Part shown: piece after piece, positions 37,501-47,172 of the stretch
Layout: every line of letters begins with the position of its first letter
Position numbering within the stretch: the stretch's first letter is position 1
Virus record (IMG/VR): IMGVR_UViG_3300028888_000097
Location: 1-64,000 of that record
DNA: 64,000 nucleotides
Direction: 5' to 3' (one strand)
Source of the DNA: a virus
Lineage: Duplodnaviria; Caudoviricetes
Notes under the pieces: model-generated
What the model was told of the DNA's origin: nothing
The model's input: only the letters and a program-made list of their open reading frames with translations
The model's database searches: none
Made by a program: the position numbers and the translations under genes

Positions 37501-40500
37501 TGCGGAACTTGAAGCAACGGACAATCTGACGGAAGCGCAGAAAAGTCAGCTGGCTACACTAAAGGCCCTTAACGAAGAACACATTATCGGTCGGGCCGGT
37601 GTTGTTCCTCCGATTCAAGAAGAAACGGCGGCTCTTGAAGAGGCAGCGGAAGCGGCGGAGGAAGCCGGTTCAAAGTACGACAAGGCGGCGATGGGGGCGG
37701 ACGCCTTTGCGGAGAAGCTGTCCGAGGACACGGCGGCACTTAAGGCGGACGCGAACGCGATCTCTGCGGTCCGGGCGGCGCAGGAGGAATTCAACGAGAG
37801 CGGCGGTCTATCGATTGAGACGATTTCCAAACTGGCTTCTCTTGGTTCCGATTGGGTGGACGTTCTGTTCGATGAGAACGGGGCGGTGGACGTCAATTCC
37901 AACGCGATCTACTATCTGCTGGCGGCGAAGAACGAACTGCTGACTCAAAACGGCGTTCTGATTGATTCGACGGAGGAAGAGACCGCCGCGATTGAGAAGG
38001 TCACGGAGCAGTTAAAGGACTATTCCGCGCAGATTGACGACGTGCAGAACGCCCTGTCGGTTCTGGACGCGGTACAGGCGGAATATGACGAGACGGGATC
38101 CCTGTCCATTGACACGATTCAGAAACTATTGGAGCTGGGCGGGGAATACCTCGACCTGGTTATCGACGAGGAAGGGCAGATTCGGCTGAATCAGGGAGCG
38201 GTGGATGACCTTGTAGAGTCCAAGAAGACGCTTCTTGAGAAGCTGATTGACGAACAGACCGTTCAATACGCCGTTACGCTTGTCAACGAGAAGATGGCCG
38301 AATCGGAGGAATCGGTCGGTTCTCAGGCGGAGGCGGCGGCGAAGCGGGTCGCCTTCATGGTGGCACAGGTGCGGGAGCTGGCGGGAGATTCCCAAGGCGC
38401 GGCTCTGGCACTGGAAGGGCTGAAAACGGCACTCGCGCAGATTGGAGACGCAAGCGGCGTTTCCCTTTCGGACGCGGATCTTGACGAGATTGCGGGGAAG
38501 ACGCTGAACTACAATCAGAGTCTGCGAAATCTTCTGGCGAGTTCGGTCAACACGTCCTCCTCCGGGTGGCGGTCTTCGTCCGGTTCGTCCTCTTCCTCTT
38601 CGTCGAAGTCGCAGAAGGACGAATACCTTGAAGATCTGAAGGCGGTGGTTTCGCTCCGGGAATCCGAGCTGACGCTGATGGAGCATCAGGGGGCGTCTCA
38701 GGACGAGCAGATTGAGAAGATCCATCAGATTCAGGAAGCGATTCACACCGAGGCGGACTATCTGCGATCCATCGGGGCGTCGCAGGAGGACATCAACAAG
38801 CTCTCCTCCGACTGGTGGAAGTGGCAGGAGAAGATCGTCTCCATGCAAGAGAAATCTGCGGAGGCGGCGAAAAAGGCGGCGGAGGAGGCGAAGAAAGCCG
38901 CTGAAGAAGCCGAGAAAGCGGAGACTGCCCGTCTGAAACAGGTTCTTGCGGACGACAAGGCCCGACTCACTTTGATGGAGAAACAGGGCAAATCCGTTTC
39001 CGACCGGGTTGAGAAGATGAAGAACATTCAGGCTCATCTTCACGACGAGGCGGAATGGCTCCGGAAAATCGGGGCGGAGCAGTCCGAAATCGACGCTTTA
39101 TCGGCGGAATGGTGGGACTGGCAGGAGAAAATCTTAAAACTCTACAAGGAAACCCTCGACGCGGCGCGGGATCTGGAACTCGAAGCGCAGCAGAAGATCA
39201 TCGACGGAATCCTGAACGAGATCAAGTTAGAGGAAGAAGCTCTTGAAATCTCCGAAAAGCGGCTTGCTATTGACGAGAAGCGGGCTGATCTGGAGGACGC
39301 GATTGCACAGGCGAAGATTGATTATGTGCAGTCCGTTTTATCCGACTACATCACGGCTCTCGACGACGCGGAAACGCTTGAATCGAAGCGGATGGCGGTC
39401 ATTGAAGCGCGGGAAAAGCTGGTTCAGGCGGAGCGGGAAGCACAGGCGAAGTCGATCATTGAAACGTTCAAGGCGGAGAAGGACGTCAAGAACGACACGC
39501 TGTCTCTTGAAGAAAAACGGCTTGCGGTAGAGAAGGCGCGTCAGGCTCTGATTGACGCTGAGAACAACCGGACGACCAGAGTTTTCAACGAAGCAACGGG
39601 TCAATGGGAATATCAGGCGGACGCGAAGGCGGTTCAGTCGGCGAAGGACAACCTGAAATCTGCCGTGGACGCTCTGAACGCCTATGTGGAGGAGGCGGCG
39701 TGGAACGAAGTCGCGGAGGCGGTGGAAAACGGGTCCGTTTCCGAAGCGGAAGTTCTCGAAATCCTTTCCAAATGGGCGAAGGAAGCCTACGGGAACGGGT
39801 CTCCGGAGTTTGTCGGTAAGATTCAGGCGGCGTTCCGCAAGGCGATGGGGTCGGCGGCGTCTCCGGATTCGGTAGCCGGTCAGATTTCTGCGGTGGATTC
39901 GGCGGTCAAGTCGCTGAACGGCTATCTGAAGGCCGAAGCGGTGAAGGAGCTGAAAGCCTACATCGCGGCGGGGAACACGGATGCCTCCGGGATGCGCTCC
40001 ATCCTCGACAAGTGGCTGTCTATGGGCGAGGGCGGAGAGCTTTACGAATGGCGGGACGGGCTTCTTGACGCGGTGAACGGGGCGATTGAATCCGGGTATT
40101 ATGACGACAGCAAGGTACAGTCGCAGATTCAGGCGGTTGAGAACGCCATTGAATCCCTCCACGACTTTCTAAGAAGCCGTTTTATTTCGGAGATCACGGA
40201 TCTTGTGAAGAACGGGACGGCGGAGGAGATCCGGGCGGCGATTGAAAAATGGTCAAGTGAATTTGACCTTTCGGAGACCGACCGGGACTGGGCTTCCCGA
40301 TTAGCGGAGGCAAAGGGAAGTTACGAGCAGACGGAGGGATTCTGGAACGGGATCACGGCGAAGGATCACACGGCGGAGGAAATCGCGGCGGTCATTGAGC
40401 GGATGAAGGCCAATTCCCGGGCATGGTGGCTGGCAGAACCCGGAAGTCAGGAACAGAAAGATCTTGCTGATCTCAACCTCGCGCTCGGGGCTTCGATGGG

Positions 40501-40873
40501 ATGGACGCGCCGGGACAACGGACATTGGTACGACGAATATGGAAATCAGGTGTACGACCGGGGCGGCATTCTGACGGGGCAGGGCGGAATCAAGGCGACT
40601 GGCCGGGCGGAAGCGGTTCTCGATCCGAAGCTGACGGCGAAACTGATGAATCCGACGACGAACGAGCAATTCGAGCGGTTTGCGAAGTCTCTCCATCTGA
40701 TGTTTGAGACGGGGGAGAGGACGGCGCGGAGCAGTTATGTGACCACGCGCGGAAACACGGTGGATTCGCACAACACGAGCTACACGGTGAACGGGATCCC
40801 GATTTCCTCCGGTTCAGCGGAGCGGTACACGATTGCGGAACTCTTCCGGACGCTTCCGATGGTTCGCTCTTGA
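34523..40873 (+). CDS. Tape measure protein
   Basis: 2116 aa, Ala/Glu-rich coiled coil, TP901-type core (DVVDKLNKTADK..GTAVNSLI). Confidence 0.92.
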   Translation: MAKILLNVDLNLDTAKGSIETLKKSLSTIADSLNRVKPNKDLTEQVKALSEYYKSLATAAKSAAEADSKAAISAAKVTKAEQDAAKAAAQRQKAETDAAAALARRSAAEARAFDMIEKTKAAMEKRAKAAEGDEKALWNLEKAFASLSKRQEEAASKTNVMDQALRDVAEETEETWKEIRAFNENGEALSSTVDELRERYDRLAAQTASYEKELNEQVKAEIEAEREAQRLADSFQKSEENLDGLTLKLNNMLTAISNVEGRYPAGTFDQLKADIQAQIAAVEGLKESVSSSGGNMQEFIEKEQAAEQSTKDLNGRFAELKASTEHAAPAVATLGEKFGNLVERYAKFYASSLLVRKPLQLIQSALSDVGETLVKTEDAVIELNRVLDDPQPTQEVANRLYDIAYAYGSTFESASTIASNFARAGKSWNESLQATEAALLAMNVAELNATEASDGLLSIIAQFDMETSDLIDVVDKLNKTADKNPVSTQKLLQAIQRAGSAAKNANVSFDQTLGLITAISEATNRSGQNIGTAVNSLIQYSTKNVDVFATLSKESEEMVEKFKLGLVSIVDVWNQVAADIKSDKKARDDIITALGTDGLEELSSTLHDELGDLVSEIDGVYNVANTYRKNYFIALLDNMDRFMKVQEQLTDYQGYSQEENEKYMETYTAKVNQLNDAWQKLANDEQGILKFKKDLVDLGIDLVGFVEQTGGIVDTVQSAAGIIGGLALISKAEALKVAIADIGTVLKATFTGAAGAFQTTIGWIGAVIAVSALLNTTINAIRASQAERRKETLLEFEANKDNITALSELKKKYDEGNLSLKEEWELEDKIVPLLGDKGIALDGLAQHTEAYTKKVWELVEGLREEQKLTAQVAQDAAKDDYIEAARQAVEGSARAQAKRDGGVQSFILNSDLGKFFSSAFSGAMNDADQAAEYLDKLRTRLDEAKQAYLEARGQVSDAEEKKLREYYQDLLEIYNNLSAARDNYEKQRREGLIAELEATDNLTEAQKSQLATLKALNEEHIIGRAGVVPPIQEETAALEEAAEAAEEAGSKYDKAAMGADAFAEKLSEDTAALKADANAISAVRAAQEEFNESGGLSIETISKLASLGSDWVDVLFDENGAVDVNSNAIYYLLAAKNELLTQNGVLIDSTEEETAAIEKVTEQLKDYSAQIDDVQNALSVLDAVQAEYDETGSLSIDTIQKLLELGGEYLDLVIDEEGQIRLNQGAVDDLVESKKTLLEKLIDEQTVQYAVTLVNEKMAESEESVGSQAEAAAKRVAFMVAQVRELAGDSQGAALALEGLKTALAQIGDASGVSLSDADLDEIAGKTLNYNQSLRNLLASSVNTSSSGWRSSSGSSSSSSSKSQKDEYLEDLKAVVSLRESELTLMEHQGASQDEQIEKIHQIQEAIHTEADYLRSIGASQEDINKLSSDWWKWQEKIVSMQEKSAEAAKKAAEEAKKAAEEAEKAETARLKQVLADDKARLTLMEKQGKSVSDRVEKMKNIQAHLHDEAEWLRKIGAEQSEIDALSAEWWDWQEKILKLYKETLDAARDLELEAQQKIIDGILNEIKLEEEALEISEKRLAIDEKRADLEDAIAQAKIDYVQSVLSDYITALDDAETLESKRMAVIEAREKLVQAEREAQAKSIIETFKAEKDVKNDTLSLEEKRLAVEKARQALIDAENNRTTRVFNEATGQWEYQADAKAVQSAKDNLKSAVDALNAYVEEAAWNEVAEAVENGSVSEAEVLEILSKWAKEAYGNGSPEFVGKIQAAFRKAMGSAASPDSVAGQISAVDSAVKSLNGYLKAEAVKELKAYIAAGNTDASGMRSILDKWLSMGEGGELYEWRDGLLDAVNGAIESGYYDDSKVQSQIQAVENAIESLHDFLRSRFISEITDLVKNGTAEEIRAAIEKWSSEFDLSETDRDWASRLAEAKGSYEQTEGFWNGITAKDHTAEEIAAVIERMKANSRAWWLAEPGSQEQKDLADLNLALGASMGWTRRDNGHWYDEYGNQVYDRGGILTGQGGIKATGRAEAVLDPKLTAKLMNPTTNEQFERFAKSLHLMFETGERTARSSYVTTRGNTVDSHNTSYTVNGIPISSGSAERYTIAELFRTLPMVRS

Positions 40874-40935
40874 TTGACGAAATACAATTTTCCGGGCGGG
40901 TTATTCCGTCCGGGGGAATCTGGAAAGGATTTGAC

Positions 40936-43900
40936 ATGGCGTTATATCAGCCTTCAAACATTACTCCCTCCACGTTCGCGGGAATCGGCGGATCCGTTGT
41001 GGATGTGAACGACTATGTTGTGGTTTCATGGCAAGTCAACGGGACATCCGGCATGATCGGATTTGATTTCGACATTTACGAAAACACGCCGGAATCCGCA
41101 CTGGTCAAGCACAAAGAATATACGCGCATGGGTCCTGGCCTCGGCGGCCCTTTCTACGGAACGGATGCGCGGGGGAATGTGAAGATGTATGTATTGGACG
41201 ACACTACTCCCGAAACGTGGGCTTCATGGGGCTTGACGAACGGTAATTCCTACAAACTGAAAATCACACAGAAATGGAAGAACGATCCGTATGATACGGA
41301 CGAACCGGTAAAATCCGTAGTGCAGAATTCCGAATCGGTTTTCATCACGCGGGCGGCTCCTTCGCTTTCGGTTTCTCCCGCTTCCGGAACGCTGACTTCT
41401 GTTTCGCAGACATTTACCGGCGTATATTCGCAAGAGCAGGGCGACACGGTGTCGTGGGTACGGTGGGTGCTCTCCAATGCAACGGGAGATGTGCTTGACG
41501 ACACCGGGACGGTCTACACGGGCGTTTTATCCTACTCCTACGACGGATTCTTCAGCGGGGAGACGTACACGCTCGCCTGTACGGTTCAGACGTCCTCCGG
41601 GGCGGAGGTGACGGTGACGAACAACTATGCCGTTTCCTACGACATGGCGGAACAGGCGGGCGGGATCTCGCTTTCGTGCAATCCGGACGATTCGGTGACA
41701 GTTTCATGGTCGGCGGGCGCGGACATTCCGGGGACTCCCTCGGCGGAGGATTACGGGACGATTTCGAGCGGGGTTTTACATCTTGCGGCGGAACGCTCGA
41801 TCACATGGGACACGGTGAACGGGGAGGACATGGCGTTCTCGTCCCCGTACTGTTTCGCATGGCGGGGGAGGATTGCGGAGAGCACGACGGTGACGGAGAC
41901 GGTGAATTCGGGGACGTGGCAGCTGGTGAAGACGTATCCGGTGAAGCGGTCAACAACGGTGAGCCACACGACTCTGCCGTCCGAATGGGTCAGGAACCCG
42001 AATGCCTCTGACAAAGGCACGCGAAATATTCATACATCAATCGATGTTTCCACGCCATATGCAAGGACAAATCCGTATATATCAACAGAATCTCCGTTAT
42101 CTGTGACGCCTGCCGGTGATTACGCATACAAAACAAGCGCAATCACGCCGCCGAGGATAACCCTTTCGAAAGATATACTCGCTTACTCGATTACTCAGGT
42201 CGGCTATGTGGACGAGGCGGGAATCCGGGAACCGCTGGTCGATGCGTATGTGGAAACCGTTCAGGACGGGAGAACGCTGACGTTTACGGTATATTCAAAC
42301 ACGACCGCCGCCTATAATCGCGGCATTTACGTTTATGCCGACGTTACCTATGCGGATTATTATTATGGCGCAAAAACGGAATCTCCTGTTTCGGGCGACA
42401 CCGGCATTTCGAATCCCGTGATTACAAACGGCAGTTCCGGTCTGTCGGAGAAGCGAATCAGTTATTCCGGCAGCAGATTCACGATTTATGCGGAATCCAA
42501 TTTGCCGGACACTTATTCGATTTCTTATCAATATGAGTACGCGGTTTCTCCCGCCAATCTATATCGTGCGACGTGGAGCGGGACACAGGCGACGGGGGTT
42601 CTGAATTCCGCTTCGATCCAATCCACGACGGCGGGGGGCGGCGCGACCGCCTCGATCAGCGGGAACACCTACACGGTTACGGAATACAACCCGAACAACA
42701 CGGCGTCGGCGCAGACGGTTGTCGCGCTGAATTACACGACGAACGACGGAATCGGGAACGATTCTTACCGTTCGATTGTGACCGGAACGGAGGCGGGAGC
42801 GGTTTCCGCAGCGGTTCAGTCCACGACGGCGAAGAGCGCGACGGTGACGATGGCGAAGGACGGGGCGTACACGGTGACGATGTACGATTCCTCCAACGCC
42901 TCGCGGACGGCGGTGATCCGGTTTGATGTGCCGACAGGCATTCCCAATACCAATCTTGCGTCAATTTCGGCGGGAGGTTTGAATTTTGCGACCCTGGCCG
43001 TCACAAGATATCACGAAGCGATTTTGAATATAGGCGGTATTAATCAGTTGGCGATTGCGGGGCCGGGGGAAGCATGGAACATGCTTGCGGTTGTTCGTCC
43101 TGGGTTGTTTGAGGTATTCTGGTTTACCGCGTCGAACGAACTCATTGCCTCCGCCGATGCGTCTTTTCCGACCGAGCTTCCGTCGCCGATTGCGCAAGTG
43201 ACTTTATCCGGGGAACAATGGTGCGATTATGTTTATCTGTCTCAAAACAGTTCCTATGCTTTCCCCCTGTCCGCCGAAACGGGAGGGCGTCCGGCGGAAC
43301 CGGGATGGGACGGAAACACGCTGTTTTACGCGGCGTTTGCTTCCGATTTACAGGCCGGGACGGTGACGTCGGATTCGTCGCTTTTCGTTGCGCTCTACCG
43401 GGCGGAGGGAAACGCATTTGCGCCGGTAGGCATATTCGACGGAACGGTGAACGCCATCCGGGACTATGGGATCAAATCGGGCGGAGAATATGTTTACGAG
43501 ATGTTTTATATTTCGAACGGGACGTACTCGGCGGGCGCGGAATCCGCTCCGATGTGCCGCCGGTTCCGTCAACACACGCTGATTGAAGCAGAGGAGGACG
43601 CCTCTCTTCCGGGCGTTTATCATCCGGTGAACGTCTGGCGGTTCCGGGACAACGTGGACGCGGGGGCTTACACGAATCAGAATCAGCCCGTTTTGCTCGA
43701 GAACTTCACGAAATATCCGCTCTGGCAGCCTTCTTCTCCGGCGGCGAAGACGGGAACGCTGACCGCGCTTCTCGGAAGGTTTGAAAACGGGGCATACTCC
43801 GGGGACGACGCGGCGGCGATGGAAGCCTTATTCGCTCTGTCCGGTTCGGTGAATCCCTTATTCTATCGGGACATGAAGGGGAATCTCTACATGGTTCGTC

Positions 43901-44025
43901 TGGCGGGGCCGATTTCCCAGACGGTGGACAACCGGACGGGGGAGCTTGCCGTTTCCGTTTCTGTTCCGTGGGTGGAGGTCGGAAACGCAAACGGGGCGAA
44001 GATCTATACAATTGCGGAGGGGTGA
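40936..44025 (+). CDS. Distal tail/baseplate protein with mosaic central domains
   Basis: MALYQPSNITPS start after TMP; Thr/Ser/Tyr-rich beta domains. Confidence 0.7.
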   Translation: MALYQPSNITPSTFAGIGGSVVDVNDYVVVSWQVNGTSGMIGFDFDIYENTPESALVKHKEYTRMGPGLGGPFYGTDARGNVKMYVLDDTTPETWASWGLTNGNSYKLKITQKWKNDPYDTDEPVKSVVQNSESVFITRAAPSLSVSPASGTLTSVSQTFTGVYSQEQGDTVSWVRWVLSNATGDVLDDTGTVYTGVLSYSYDGFFSGETYTLACTVQTSSGAEVTVTNNYAVSYDMAEQAGGISLSCNPDDSVTVSWSAGADIPGTPSAEDYGTISSGVLHLAAERSITWDTVNGEDMAFSSPYCFAWRGRIAESTTVTETVNSGTWQLVKTYPVKRSTTVSHTTLPSEWVRNPNASDKGTRNIHTSIDVSTPYARTNPYISTESPLSVTPAGDYAYKTSAITPPRITLSKDILAYSITQVGYVDEAGIREPLVDAYVETVQDGRTLTFTVYSNTTAAYNRGIYVYADVTYADYYYGAKTESPVSGDTGISNPVITNGSSGLSEKRISYSGSRFTIYAESNLPDTYSISYQYEYAVSPANLYRATWSGTQATGVLNSASIQSTTAGGGATASISGNTYTVTEYNPNNTASAQTVVALNYTTNDGIGNDSYRSIVTGTEAGAVSAAVQSTTAKSATVTMAKDGAYTVTMYDSSNASRTAVIRFDVPTGIPNTNLASISAGGLNFATLAVTRYHEAILNIGGINQLAIAGPGEAWNMLAVVRPGLFEVFWFTASNELIASADASFPTELPSPIAQVTLSGEQWCDYVYLSQNSSYAFPLSAETGGRPAEPGWDGNTLFYAAFASDLQAGTVTSDSSLFVALYRAEGNAFAPVGIFDGTVNAIRDYGIKSGGEYVYEMFYISNGTYSAGAESAPMCRRFRQHTLIEAEEDASLPGVYHPVNVWRFRDNVDAGAYTNQNQPVLLENFTKYPLWQPSSPAAKTGTLTALLGRFENGAYSGDDAAAMEALFALSGSVNPLFYRDMKGNLYMVRLAGPISQTVDNRTGELAVSVSVPWVEVGNANGAKIYTIAEG

Positions 44026-44026
44026 G

Positions 44027-45343
44027 ATGGCCGAATCATGGATTTTGTCGGAGCAGTACAACGCCTATCTGGACGGTTTGCTCCGACCGTTCAAAAAGGT
44101 TTCGCGGATTGAATTCCTTCAGCCGGATGACACGGTGGCGTTTGCGCTCGGCGGCGTGGGGCAGAGGTTTCCGATTCCGGGGCGGGACACGCGGACGTTC
44201 CTTCAATCCGGATCCGTTTCGGTTTCCCTTGCGAACGGGGCGCGGAGGCGGGCTTCGGTGGTGCTCGGGAACCGGGACGGGGCATTCGACTATGCGGTGA
44301 ACAAGCTCTGGTTCGGTCAGCGGGTACGGATCTCGATGGGGATGCGGCTCCCGAACGGGGAAGATTTTTACTTTCCGATGGGGGTATTCTACATCGAGAA
44401 TCCTTCCGTTCTGTTCTCTCCGGGGGAGAAGACGACGACCTTAAACCTGACGGACAAATGGGCGTATCTTGACGGAACTTTGTTTGGGAATCTGGAAGCG
44501 GCGTATTCCGTTTCGTCAGGGACGAACATTTTCTTGGCGATTGATTCGCTAATTCACATGAACCGGCTCACGCAGGGGGTGACGACGGACGCGGGGGCGA
44601 TGATTGATCCGGAGACGGCGGTTTACACGACCTACTTCAACGGGAAGACCTATCTGGCGTCCAATTCGGACGGTTCCATCACGCAGAACATTGCGATGAC
44701 CTCTGCGCCGTACACGATCACGGAGAATCGCGGATCCACGATGGGGGCTTTGATTCTGAAGCTGAACGAGATGCTGGCAGGGTGGATTGGGTACGACGCG
44801 ACGGGTGCGCTCCGTCTGGAACCTTCTCAGGATGACATTGACGACGCCGACAAGCCCGTTTTATTCGCGTTTACGCCGGAGAACAGTATGTTGCTCTCCC
44901 ACTCCTCCGTTTCGCAGAATACGGCGGTCTACAACGATGTGACGATTGCGGGGCAGGGGCTGACCAACGCGGCGGTCTGGGCGAGGGCGGTGAACGCAGA
45001 CCTGGCTTCGGACACGAACATCAATCTGATCGGTCGGCGGGTATTCGTTGAGGAAAAATCCGACTACTGGAATACGGAGCAATGCGCGGCACTGGCCCGG
45101 TGGTATCTGAAGCGGAAGACGGTTCTTCAAAAGTCCGTTACGATTGAGTGCGGACAAATGTTCCATCTGGTGGAGAATCGTCTGGTTTCGGTAAAGCGGG
45201 TGGACAAGGAAGGCTCCCCTGTCGAGAAGCACCTGATACAGGGGTTCACAATTCCGATTGGAGAAACGGGTTCGATGTCGATTACGGCGACGAGCGTGAC
45301 GGACATTCCGGATTTTACGATTACGACGTCAACTTCATCATGA
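44027..45343 (+). CDS. Tail tip/baseplate hub protein
   Basis: GSVSVSL..GARRRASVVL, FPMGVFYI, NDVTIAG pattern; synteny. Confidence 0.65.
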   Translation: MAESWILSEQYNAYLDGLLRPFKKVSRIEFLQPDDTVAFALGGVGQRFPIPGRDTRTFLQSGSVSVSLANGARRRASVVLGNRDGAFDYAVNKLWFGQRVRISMGMRLPNGEDFYFPMGVFYIENPSVLFSPGEKTTTLNLTDKWAYLDGTLFGNLEAAYSVSSGTNIFLAIDSLIHMNRLTQGVTTDAGAMIDPETAVYTTYFNGKTYLASNSDGSITQNIAMTSAPYTITENRGSTMGALILKLNEMLAGWIGYDATGALRLEPSQDDIDDADKPVLFAFTPENSMLLSHSSVSQNTAVYNDVTIAGQGLTNAAVWARAVNADLASDTNINLIGRRVFVEEKSDYWNTEQCAALARWYLKRKTVLQKSVTIECGQMFHLVENRLVSVKRVDKEGSPVEKHLIQGFTIPIGETGSMSITATSVTDIPDFTITTSTSS

Positions 45344-45353
45344 GGAGGTTCAT

Positions 45354-45647
45354 ATGGCTTTATTGGATGACGCGAAGGAGGTTCGGGCAGCTCTGGCGGA
45401 GGTGATCCGACAGGAAGTGAACGGGCTGACGCAGGACTGCTTCCGGGTGAAAAAGGCGATTGTGCAGACGGCTCCGAATTCGACCACAGGGAAGTGTTCG
45501 GTACAGCTCATTGGAGACGATACGGTACTGTCGATTCCGTACAGTTCGGAGGTTTCATCCGTTTCAGCTGGGGCGGTGGTATGGGTCGCGTATTGGGGCG
45601 GGTCCATGCGGAACGCGATTGTGTGGCAGACGGCAGACTTCAAGTGA
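45354..45647 (+). CDS. Small tail-tip protein (OB-like)
   Basis: GAGGAGG RBS; last gene of tail operon. Confidence 0.6.
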   Translation: MALLDDAKEVRAALAEVIRQEVNGLTQDCFRVKKAIVQTAPNSTTGKCSVQLIGDDTVLSIPYSSEVSSVSAGAVVWVAYWGGSMRNAIVWQTADFK

Positions 45648-45853
45648 GATTAAGCAAAAAGTCATTGTGAGTTCGTTTGATTCGTCGGATTGCACAAATG
45701 AAGAGGGATTTCGTTTGAGTCGGGGATGAATATTTATGCAAGTCCGCGAAAATGTGGAAAATGAGCGGGATTTCCCGCGGAAAAATGTGAAAAGGGCGGA
45801 TTTGAAGGGGAATCCGCTTGATTTCGGGGCATTGAGAAAGAGAGGATAGCAAT

Positions 45854-46603
45854 ATGCCGAGGGGCAGGCCGAAACGCAAAAAGGCAGAGGAAGAGGGTAT
45901 CGAAGAAGTTGAGCCCGTTTCGTCCGGGTCGATGAGCGTGGAAGAGACGCTGGACCAATTGAGCCGGGAAATGGAGGAGGCGAAGGCGGAGATCGAAAAG
46001 AGACAAAAGAGGGCGGAGGCGAACAAGTCATCCCGGAGGAACGGGCGCGTCTTTGAAGATATGATCGAGCGGGCGTGTAAGTTCTATGAAGACGCTGGAC
46101 TGGCGCGGATCACAAAGGTCCCGGAGGCGCGGAGAGTCGTGGGGAGAACCGGCGGTCGGACATCCCTTATGATCTGCGCCAACGCTGCCAAGGCGGACCC
46201 GGACTTCATGGGATCCGTTTCACCGGACGGGAAGTGCATGATCTTCGATGCGAAGCACACGGACAAGGGAAAGATTCTTCTGAACGCCCTGACGAAGAAT
46301 CAGCGGGACATACTGGACAAGCACATGGCTTGCGGGGCGGACTGCTATGTGGCGGTTTCGTTTGGTTTCGAGAAGTATTACATGATTCCCTACGCGATGT
46401 GGAAGAACATGAAGGAGGAGTTCGGGAGGCAGTACATTCTTCCGGATGACGAGAAGATCCGGGCGTATTCCGTTCCGTTTGAGGTGACGGGTCAGACCAA
46501 GAAGGGCGAGGAGCTGGTGACGGTTTGGTTCCTCGGTCAGCGGGTGGATGTGCCGGTGTTCGAGGCGGAGAAGACGGAGGAAGAGGTCGTTTCATTCGAG
46601 TAA
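45854..46603 (+). CDS. recU: Holliday junction resolvase RecU family
   Basis: NGRVFEDMIE..Y....A.I.KVP, PDFMG, IFDAKHT. Confidence 0.85.
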   Translation: MPRGRPKRKKAEEEGIEEVEPVSSGSMSVEETLDQLSREMEEAKAEIEKRQKRAEANKSSRRNGRVFEDMIERACKFYEDAGLARITKVPEARRVVGRTGGRTSLMICANAAKADPDFMGSVSPDGKCMIFDAKHTDKGKILLNALTKNQRDILDKHMACGADCYVAVSFGFEKYYMIPYAMWKNMKEEFGRQYILPDDEKIRAYSVPFEVTGQTKKGEELVTVWFLGQRVDVPVFEAEKTEEEVVSFE

Positions 46604-46606
46604 AAC

Positions 46607-46642
46607 AAAAAAAGAGGGGCGGGTCATTGCGATCCGTCCCTT
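46607..46642. terminator. Bidirectional terminator between recU and CRISPR array
   Basis: GGGGCGGGTC/GATCCGTCCC stem with A-tract left and T-rich right. Confidence 0.7.
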
Positions 46643-46670
46643 ATATTATTTTCCGTATATGGCGGTTTTC

Positions 46671-46908
46671 CGTCTCCTCGCACGTCCGCGCGAGTTGCGT
46701 CAATCAGAAACGCGGTGCGCTCAATCCTGATGGTCCGTCTCTTCGCACGTCTGCGCGGGTTGCGTCGCTATCCGTGTACAAAAAGGCTTTTCATTCCGGT
46801 TGACGCCCCCGTCAACTCGCACATGCACGCGGGATGCATCGTTTGGGAAGACCATTCTGGTGAGGTCAACAAAATGCCGTCAACTCGCACATGCACACGG
46901 GATGCATC
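46671..46908 (-). CRISPR. Mini CRISPR array: four 31-bp repeats, three spacers (34, 43, 37 bp)
   Basis: Repeats at 46671, 46736, 46810, 46878; minus-strand consensus GAYGCAWCYCGYGYR.AYGTGCGAR.WGACG with a conserved central hairpin that is G-U compatible only on the minus strand. Confidence 0.8.
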
Positions 46909-47172
46909 GGCGAAATATCCATTTTTCAAGGTGCATCTTTGGTTATAATGTGCAAGGCTTTCCGCGTATTGAGGTCTTTTCCGCTTCGGTTGACAGATTG
47001 CTCTGTATGGGCGAAACGGCGCTGAACCCCTTTCCGCAAAGCATTTCCCGTCTTGCAAACCGGATAAACCGATTCGTCTTTATCGACGGAGGGACCATGA
47101 CCGGGACCCTTTTCAACTCATTTTGGGAGTGCGAATCTCCCGACTTATTCTGTGGGCTTGGGTTTCGCGGGA

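Noticed and set aside
40936-45647. Diversity-generating retroelement targeting tail genes
   Set aside because: No reverse transcriptase and no adenine-specific TR/VR pair seen in the window
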